Below are positions 23,689 to 31,998 of a stretch of 31,998 nt of DNA, in pieces. Origin of the DNA: Octopus sinensis (lineage: Eukaryota); the NCBI RefSeq assembly GCF_006345805.1, contig NW_021829673.1, positions 1 to 31,998 on the forward strand. The letters are read 5' to 3'. The notes beneath the pieces are model-generated. The model made no database searches. It worked only from the letters and a program-made list of their open reading frames with translations, and was not told the origin of the DNA. A program made the position numbers and the translations under genes. Position 1 is the stretch's first letter; each line of letters begins with the position of its first letter.

Positions 23689-24234
23689 TAGACATGCAGG
23701 AAGTAGGTAGACACCTTTAATTTTCAAAATTTCTTAATGTTTTCAGTGGTGTAGAATTAACAAAGCAATTATTCTTTTTCATTCCAGGTGCCATTATATT
23801 AAACATTTGCGAAGAGTAACCATGCCACGCACAAAAAAATTCAGCAGAGCTGTCAGATTTTCAAAGAGGTCGTATTGTTTAGCAATCTGAGGCTGGTCTT
23901 AGCCAGCGAAAAATTGTCGAAAATTGCCGAAATTCCTCTTGCTACTGTTAATAGAATTATAGTGCAATTCAAAAGTCAAGGAAAAGAATCAACAAATTCT
24001 GGGCCCTCAGGTAGGAAGCTTCGCTGTTTGAAGAGAATTGTGGAAAACGAACCCCATTCGAAGGCTTCTGACATTGCAAAACAGCTAGAAGTTAGTCCAA
24101 GAACGTGTGTTACATATCTGCGTAAACTTGGGTATTATGGACGAGCAGCTAGAAGAAAACCTATCCTTGAACCAATTAATATCAAATAAAATATTTTGAA
24201 AATTAAAGATGTCTATTTACTTCCTGCATGTCTG
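23689..24234 (+). mobile_element. Internally deleted Tc1-like transposon retaining only the N-terminal DNA-binding region
   Basis: ~42-bp TIRs agacatgcaggaagtaggtagacacctttaattttcaaaat / attttgaaaattaaagatgtctatttacttcctgcatgtct. Peptide ELSDFQRGRIV...IPLATVNRII...SPRTCVTYLRKLGYYGRAARRKPIL (bipartite HTH); the DDE domain is absent. Confidence 0.93.
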
Positions 24235-24698
24235 TGTATATGAGTGGATACCTGCGTGATTATCACTTTCATTCTTTGACGTCGTAGCAACATCTATTTA
24301 TAGGCATGTTCCAAGAAAGACTTGTAGTGTTCTCAGGCTATCGAGAATGTTTTTACAATCCGTTAAAGCGTTCACGTTGGCAACATCAAATATATATCCT
24401 TTAATCATGTGGTGACAAGGCAACTCCATTCATTGTATCATTCATACAATTTTGGTATTAGCGTTCGCGTCATCCACAGTGAAAATATTTCACGTTAGGA
24501 TTTTTTCTTCAGGTACCGAAGCAAATTTTTTACATTTCAGATTGGCGCATGCGTCCCTCATAAGTTCTGGAACCGCCCGTTTTGAGACCGTGAAGGAAGT
24601 TGAAGAAGGGTTTTTAGATCCCCCAGCTATACTCTACTAGATACTTTTGATATATTTATATTTATTTTTGGAGAGGATATTGTATATATATATATATA

Positions 24699-25080
24699 GG
24701 CGCAGAATTGGCTGTGAGGTGAGAAGCTTGCTTCCAAACCACATGGTTTCGGGTTCAGTCTCACTGCATGCTATCTTGGGCAAGTGTCTTCTACTGTAAC
24801 CTCGGACCGTACAAAACCTTGTGAGTAGATCTGGTAGAGGGGAAACTGAATGAAGCCCGTCGAATATATGTATTTGGGTGCCTGTGTTTGTCCCACTACC
24901 ATCGCTTCACAACCAATGTTGGTGTGTTTACCTCCTTGTAACTTAGTGGTTCGGCATAAGTGAACGATAGCATAAGCACAAGGCTTACGAAGAATAAGTC
25001 TTAGGGTTGATTTGTTCGACTAAAGGCGTTACTCCAGCATGTCTGCAGTAAAATGACTTCAAAAATTAAAAGAATAAAAG
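24699..25080 (+). mobile_element. SINE family B full-length copy in (TA)n
   Basis: ggcgcagaattggctgtg head through aaaagaataaaag tail. Confidence 0.9.
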
Positions 25081-25112
25081 CATATATATATGTATATATA
25101 TATATATATATA

Positions 25113-25174
<62 letters not shown>

Positions 25175-25260
25175 ATATATATATATAATATAATATATAT
25201 ATATATATAATATATATATATATATGTGTATATATACACATATATATACATATATACATA
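25081..25260. repeat. (TA)n microsatellite
   Basis: Direct reading. Confidence 0.95.
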
Positions 25261-25295
25261 TTGAATTAATAATTTAAGTATTATATATATTATAC

Positions 25296-25432
25296 TGTGG
25301 CTGTGTGCTAAAAAAGATTGCTTCCTAGCCACAAGATTCTGCGTTCAGTCCCTCTGCATGGCACCTTGGCCAGGATTGGCAAAAACCTATTAGTGAATCT
25401 GATATATGGAAACTGAAAGAAGCCCTCCATAT
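25296..25432 (+). mobile_element. Degenerate SINE family B head
   Basis: tgtggctgtgtg...gttcagtccctctgcatggcaccttgg...ggaaactgaaagaagccc. Confidence 0.75.
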
Positions 25433-25444
25433 CTGTATATATTC

Positions 25445-25495
<51 letters not shown>

Positions 25496-26179
25496 TTACT
25501 CTTAACAGTAAGTAAGTATGCATATATAGGTGTGTGTATGTGTATAAGTGTGTGTATGTATGTATGCATCTCCGTTCACAATAATATCCTCGTATAAATT
25601 AACATAAACAGCAAAAAAGAAAAATGCAGCAAAAAATGCAATTGAATGAATAAAATAGCAATCAGACTAATGATTAGCAGCAGAACGTTGTTTCGAATTA
25701 CGAAGATATATAATAACTTAACAATGGACTAACAGAACAAATCACAACACCTAACAACACCTAACAACGCCCAACGTAACTGCACATACCAAAACGTAAC
25801 AATGCTTAGCATAACAAACACTTAATATAACAAACAATGCATATCACATACACGTCACATAATAACGCGTAAAAACACATACGAAGACATCACAACTCGT
25901 GACATATATCAAATACACCTAACAACACAAAACCTACGCATGGCAACACATGACAACGAATACACGTAACAGAACAATAGATAATAAACAAATAACAACA
26001 GACGATATACAAATGACAAAGCATAACAAAGTGTCTTTTACAATAACAAAGAATTGTGTGGTACTTGAAGAATGTTGGATTTAAAAGTGTGTGGAGGTTT
26101 CTCTGGAGGCAGGTAAATAGTGGACTATAATGAACTATAGACAACAAATACAACAACTACAGGCAGGTATAGAGGCATA

Positions 26180-26334
26180 TACACGCACACACACCAACAC
26201 TCACACACACACTCCCACATACACATATATATATAGATATATATGTATGTATATATGTATGTATATAAGTATATATATATACATATATGTATAGACACAT
26301 ATATAGACACATACATACATACACACACACACAC

Positions 26335-26373
<39 letters not shown>

Positions 26374-26431
26374 AAAGTATATATATATAGTATATATATA
26401 TTACGTATATAAGTATATTTGTATATATATA

Positions 26432-26513
<82 letters not shown>

Positions 26514-26611
26514 TATGTATATATATTGTATATATAAATTATAAATATATATGTAGACACATACATATATCATATATATATGTGTGTATATATATATATA
26601 TGTATATATAC

Positions 26612-26677
<66 letters not shown>
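26180..26677. repeat. (CA)/(TA)/(GA) compound microsatellite
   Basis: Direct reading. Confidence 0.95.
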
Positions 26678-26678
<1 letters not shown>

Positions 26679-27139
26679 ATACATTAAGTTGCAGTTTTCA
26701 TGAAAATAAAGCATAACAGGCTCACTCCTGTTTTGGCAGACAATCAACAACATAAAGTAAACGAGAGGACAAAAATAAAAATTAAAATAATAAAAAAAAA
26801 GAAAACGCAAAATTTTCTTTAAAGACACCAGGATAGAACAAAACAGGAGAGAACAGTTAAAATATATTCGATATAAAAATACAGAACCAAAAACATAGAG
26901 AGAAACGTACAGAAACGTACAGACTCAAAGATACACACACACACACACACACACGCGCGCGCACAGATAAATATCTTGCGGTTTTTTAATAACAAACATA
27001 AACAAATATAATGATTGGAGCAAACAGAAGTTGATTCGTGAAACAAATAAAATAAGCAAGCGGTATTATATGGGAAACGCGGTGGAAATATATTAAACGA
27101 ACTGAAGCGCAAATACTCGCACGTTCAACACACTGATGG

Positions 27140-27176
27140 ACACACACATGTATATATATAATATATATACATATAT

Positions 27177-27208
<32 letters not shown>

Positions 27209-27355
27209 CTATATATTATCTATATATATGTATGTATATATATAGGTATACATATATTTATATTTATATATATATGTATATAAATATATATATAAATATA
27301 ATATATATATATACACATATATATATAATATAATAAATATAAATATATGTATATC

Positions 27356-27399
<44 letters not shown>

Positions 27400-27508
27400 A
27401 ATATATATACATATATATGTATATATGTAACGTATATATATATATATGAATATAATATATATATACGTATATACATATATATATATAATATATCTATATA
27501 TATATACG

Positions 27509-27547
<39 letters not shown>

Positions 27548-27567
27548 ATATATATATATATTTATAT

Positions 27568-27617
<50 letters not shown>

Positions 27618-27650
27618 GCGTGTGTGTGTGTGTGTATGCTGTGTATGTAT
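27140..27650. repeat. Long degenerate (TA)n tract
   Basis: Direct reading. Confidence 0.95.
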
Positions 27651-27929
27651 GAAGGTATAAATCTGTGAATATACAGCTGACACACACTAGCGCATACGAC
27701 ACAGTCACACACGTACACACCCCAGCACATAGAACTAAGGGAGAATTTGGTACACGAACATAATGGTAGAGAGACGGTCTATGAAAAAAAAAAAAAGAGA
27801 CAGGGTGTTGGCATACGAACAATAGCAAGAAACTGACTCCAAATTTCACAGAGAATTCAACCGTAACGACTCAAGTATTTAAAACTCGCCAACATTTGCA
27901 TATACAAACTTATGTCAAAATATCTACCA

Positions 27930-28127
27930 AACTATCTATCTAATTAACTGTCTGTCTGACTGACTGTCTGTCTGTCTGACTGTCTCTCTGTCTTTCTCTC
28001 TGTCTCTCTGTCTGTCTCAGTTTATCTATCTGTCTATCTATCTCTCTCTCTACCTCTATCTCTCTCTCTACCTCTATCTCTCTCTCTACCTCTATCTCTC
28101 TCTCTCTCTCTCTACCTCTATCTATCC

Positions 28128-28193
<66 letters not shown>

Positions 28194-28206
28194 TTATTTA
28201 TCTATC
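27930..28206. repeat. (TCTG)/(TC)/(TCTA) compound array with higher-order (tc)n-tacctcta units
   Basis: Direct reading; tacctcta recurs 4 times in 28040-28120. Confidence 0.9.
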
Positions 28207-28380
28207 CGTGTCTAACTCTTCTGCACTCTCATCTCTCCACATCTCTTTGCGCAGGTTTGTATGTATGGGTGTTTATATGTATATACACACACATGTGCAA
28301 ACATGCACCGACACAAAATATGTGTATGTATATACATATATGTGTATGCGTGTGTGCGTGCGTTTCTGTGTGCGCGTGTA

Positions 28381-29105
28381 ATTTCTTATACAGGGTAAAT
28401 GTTTTTTAATTTTCTCCTGGTTTGCGGAATTAATGTTATTTTGCGTTTGTTGAAGCTTTTTTTGGCTGTTATTCTAGTGGGTGAATGGCCTATTATGGCC
28501 GTTCCTTGATTGTGTTGTTGAACTTATAATGGTCTATGACTATTTAATTTTTTCCCACTAGGCCGCTGGTGGCAAAAAATTCTACAAAATTTTTTTGCCA
28601 CCCTATATTGATTAATTATGAATTTTCTGGTTGATTCCGTAATGGAATCGGCGGCTTATATTTATTTGCTGCCGATAATTTGGCGCGAGTGCGATGATTT
28701 GAAATTTTAGGTCAGATATTGCCGAGGCAGGGACAGAAATGCCTCGTGAAAATATATGTTCCGTTCTGGCTATTTCTTACTGACGAATCTAAGGGCCTAT
28801 GGAAGATTGATGGCTCTTGATTTACTTAATCAGGTTAGTTTACCATTAAACAGAGTAGATGAAACGGGTGCATCGTATAAGAAATTACAGGGTAAATGGT
28901 TTTTTAATTTTCTCCTGGTTTGCGGCATTAATGTTATTTTGCGGTTGAAGCTTTGGCTGTTATTTTAGTGGGTGAATGGCCTATTATGGCCGTTCCTTGA
29001 TTGTGATGTTGACCTTATAAATGGTCATGACTATTTAATTTTTTCCCACTAGGCCGCTGGTGGCAAAAAATTCTACAAAATTTTTTGCCACCCTATATTG
29101 ATTAA
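28381..29105 (+). mobile_element. Retrozyme-like / non-autonomous Penelope-like element (~1.45 tandem units, ~497-bp period)
   Basis: Direct repeats 28389-28615 and 28886-29105 flank a spacer ending in a complete hammerhead motif; no credible ORF; microsatellites on both sides. Confidence 0.75.
28772..28885 (+). ncRNA. Type I hammerhead ribozyme with 64-nt insert in stem II
   Basis: Stem I atttctta (28772-79)/taagaaat (28878-85); core CTGACGA (28780-86); stem II atcta (28787-91)/tagat (28856-60); GAAAC (28861-65); stem III acg/cgt; cleavage triplet GUA (28875-77). Confidence 0.8.
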
Positions 29106-29122
29106 CATATATATATATATAT

Positions 29123-29170
<48 letters not shown>

Positions 29171-29374
29171 TGTGTGAGGTGTGCGTAATATATATCTGTG
29201 TGTGTATGTACACCCAGCTGTGTATCACACTTCATATATATACATTGTCGACAGTCAAATTACTGCGGTATCTGTCCTGAGATACGCACTTTTGGACAAG
29301 CTGTGCTGTGTTTAAAACACGATAAATTTCAGATGTAGACGAAGATCCGTTTTAGCAATGTCCACCCAGTTTAC

Positions 29375-29504
29375 CAGATGCATTTCGGTTCTCATGGGCC
29401 TTTTCAATGAGCTGAATTCGCAGCCAACCTGGACGGGTCATTGCTGTCTCTGGTATACGAGGCGATGAATAACGTGTTTCCTGATGTTGCAAGTAGCCCC
29501 CCAG
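29375..29504 (-). CDS. Candidate internal exon (130 nt) of an unidentified gene
   Basis: Acceptor ttttttatattcag and donor tg|gtaaac; one open frame LGGYLQHQETRYSSPRIPETAMTRPGWLRIQLIEKAHENRNAS; GC-richer than the flanks; no recognisable homology. Confidence 0.22.
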
Positions 29505-29909
29505 CTGAATATAAAAAAACTTCTATAAGCAAGTGAGGCAGTATTATGGGGACATAAGAGGGTAAGGATCCAACGGATCCGCCTCTACAGAAGCTGTACT
29601 GTTAGTAACAGAGGTGAGACGGATGGAATGAAGGGGAGAGAGAATTTACAGTCTTCTAATGAAAGTAAAGATAGAGATGGAGGAAAAAGTTTGCGAGAGA
29701 AAAATTAGAGAAACTGAAGCGCACATGTGGCGCGTCGGAATTTCCTCTCTTTTTCCAGATTCCATTCTATTCAAAAAGAACATTGTCCCAAAATTTTAAA
29801 ACTTGGAACTCTTGTCATTTTCTTTGGGCATCATATTAAAAATATCGATCGTGAGCTTATTGTCACTTGCTTCTTTCTGGTCTTTCTGTTCATCGCAATA
29901 TGTAAATAT

Positions 29910-29962
29910 AAGGCGGTGCTCCACTATGGCCACAACCAAATGAGCTGAAAAAAGTAAAGAAT
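29910..29962 (+). mobile_element. SINE family B extreme 3' fragment
   Basis: aaggcggtgctccactatggccacaaccaaatgagctgaaa. Similar stubs at 12370-12412 and 16697-16750. Confidence 0.65.
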
Positions 29963-29968
29963 AATGTA

Positions 29969-30027
<59 letters not shown>

Positions 30028-30169
30028 GTGTGTGTGTGTGTGTGTGGTGTGTATAATTTAAAAATAGGATAAAATCTTATAAGAATTTATCAAGTAGTTA
30101 GCGCGAAAAAAACCTCATAAGAGAAAATCGACCAATTTCTCTTAAATATAATTATCTATATCACATAGA

Positions 30170-30321
30170 GGGCATTACTATACATAAATGCCACACGCTA
30201 GGAGGGACTCTTAAATTCAAAACTTTAAAAATAAATAAACACCGGTAGGATGTGTTCATTTATTTTGGTTTTGACTTTAAGAGTCCCTCCTAGCGTGTGG
30301 CATTTATGTATAGTAATGCTC
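30170..30321. repeat. Long fold-back inverted repeat (~70-bp arms, ~9-nt loop)
   Basis: gcattactatacataaatgccacacgctaggagggactcttaaa is exactly complemented by tttaagagtccctcctagcgtgtggcatttatgtatagtaatgc; pairing continues imperfectly to the centre. Confidence 0.95.
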
Positions 30322-30400
30322 AATATACTATATATATATATATATTATATATATATATATATATATAATATATATATATATATAGTATATATCTATTATA

Positions 30401-30874
30401 TGTAGAAAAATACAAACTGGGACAAGAACGTAAAACATTTAGAAGACGATACAAAAAAACACGGACGGAACATTCGAAGCCTTCAATCTTCAGTCAAGAG
30501 AGCCGATCATCCTAGCAATTTCGGCTGATTAATCTTGAGATCGCTCCGATCCGGCCAGCCCCAAGGAAAACTAAGCTACGAGCATTAGATTTCTTGGAAA
30601 GAAGGATCGAATGTATACGAAACAGGGACAGAAAACGGACGATGCCACACAAATATAAAAAATACAAAAAACAATAATGGTAAAACAGGACAAAAACAGC
30701 GGGTGCCTTACGACTAATAAACAGTACAACAAATTTAGCTGGCGTATTTGGAAATAATGCCTTTATCGGCAGACGAAGACAACGATGTTCTCACGGCAGT
30801 GGTCGGAGGTCAAAAAGCTGATTTTGACAGCGGTCACGTGAGGGAAGAGAGAGAAAGAAAGTGGGCAAAGGAAA

Positions 30875-30910
<36 letters not shown>

Positions 30911-31302
30911 GGACGAAGGCCACAAAGGGGGGAGAAGAGAGAGAAAGAAGGAATTAAAGAGGGGAGAAAGAGCGCGTGCCAAGGATTGGCTTGTGAGTGC
31001 AAAGTGAGAAAGACAGAGAAATGTGAGAGAGTGTGGGAAGAGTAGACCAAAGAATCAGTGGCAAGAAAAGAGAAAAGGAGGAGAAGTAGAGAGAGAGAAG
31101 GGGACATATCAAAGTAGAGTGCAAAGTGTGAAAGGCAGAGAAATGTAGGAGAGAGAGAGACAGTGTGTAGAGTCGTACCAAATTTACAGGAATATGTACT
31201 TACAAAAGGCCAACGAGGGTACGGACGTCGCTATATATATTATGTAGAAAAATACAAACTGGGCAAGAACGTAAAACATTTAGAAGACGTACAAAAAAAC
31301 AC
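30401..31302 (-). mobile_element. Family C repeat copy 2 with a partial terminal direct repeat
   Basis: 30401-30844 is homologous to 15633-16130, followed by a GA-rich tract to ~31162. 31243-31302 repeats 30401-30462 (tgtagaaaaatacaaactggg...aaaacatttagaagacg). Confidence 0.8.
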
Positions 31303-31559
31303 ATGGCAAATGAAAGACGGAATATGGAATATACGAGAATTTATTATTAACACAACAATTGTTTCGACACATCTAACGTCGATCCCTCACAGGTGGAACA
31401 CTAAACAACCGGTTCAGTGCAGTAAGCTACCATTCGTTTTATTTATCAAAATATATATATTATATATATATATATTATCTATATGGTAATAAGCAAAAGA
31501 GAAGATAACACGAGTGGAACAACTTTAATATGAAAAATGTCGTATTAGAAAGAAAAGAG

Positions 31560-31596
31560 TTTTGACATTCGGATGCCAGTCCTTCGTCAGATAAAT
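31560..31596 (-). ncRNA. Degenerate minimal hammerhead motif (PLE pLTR remnant)
   Basis: Minus strand ctgacga-a-gga-ctggca-tcc-gaatgtc; the GAAAC core is damaged and stem I is weak. Confidence 0.4.
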
Positions 31597-31822
31597 AAAA
31601 AAAAACATGAATATATAAGACAGATGGTGGAAGAGAAAGAAGGAACAAAATAAAGTTAGTGATTCTATGTATGTCCCACACACCCATCATTTTCTACTGG
31701 AAATCAGAGCACCTCGACTATATATCATAGCGAATTCTACTTCTTATCGGAATTATTTCATAATTACAAGAACAACATGAATATGAGCAGAATTTGAACA
31801 CCGACCTATTATCATTGGCCTA

Positions 31823-31998
31823 TTCACGTTGCTCCATTTCACTCAGCTGTAGAATGAGTTGCGACATTACTGGCACCATGCTGTATCGGCTCTTTGCCAT
31901 TCCCTTGGATAAATCAGTGGGTGTGAGAGAGGGAGAGACGGTATGCATGAGCGACTGCTGCTCTTCACAAACATTTTTGCCCGGACGTTCTTTCTGGT
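31823..31998 (+). mobile_element. SINE/RTE-related repeat fragment running off the window
   Basis: gttgctccatttcactcagctgtagaatgagt resembles conserved SINE central-domain motifs; single copy here, recognised by eye only. Confidence 0.4.

Noticed and set aside
24250-24640. Unique segment with coding-like look
   Set aside because: Multiple stops in the minus-strand frames read and only a 62-aa plus-strand ORF with no recognisable motif; possibly old TE debris
28389-29105. LTR retrotransposon/TRIM or Tc1 MITE (tacagggt...accctata ends)
   Set aside because: No TG..CA termini, PBS, PPT or TSD; the inverted match is only ~6 bp; the hammerhead at the junction explains the structure better
1-31998. 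CRISPR array, operon or prokaryotic defence system
   Set aside because: No regularly spaced repeat-spacer array or gene-dense coding; the sequence is animal-type repetitive DNA

Overview
Eukaryotic, AT-rich, repeat-dominated DNA. The dense (TA)n/(CA)n/(TCTA)n/(GAT)n/(ATT)n microsatellites and the tRNA-derived SINE families resemble coleoid cephalopod (Octopus-like) intronic or intergenic sequence; this taxon call is recognition by eye, not a search result. No intact protein-coding gene is evident, and most ORF-track entries are microsatellite artefacts. The window holds a decayed Penelope-like RT fragment, a deleted mariner, a deleted Tc1, Tc1/mariner and piggyBac MITEs, a non-autonomous Helitron, R4/Dong-type LINE 3' ends, at least three SINE families and several TA-targeting non-autonomous repeats with fold-back junctions. 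The most notable item is a retrozyme-like element at 28381-29105 with a ~497-bp period. It carries an apparently complete type I hammerhead ribozyme with an unusually large stem II insert, and its upstream repeat begins next to the position equivalent to the predicted cleavage site. Further hammerhead motifs lie at ~11053 and, degenerate, at ~31350 and ~31560. Two weak minus-strand exon candidates (29375-29504, 13307-13654) may belong to a host gene.
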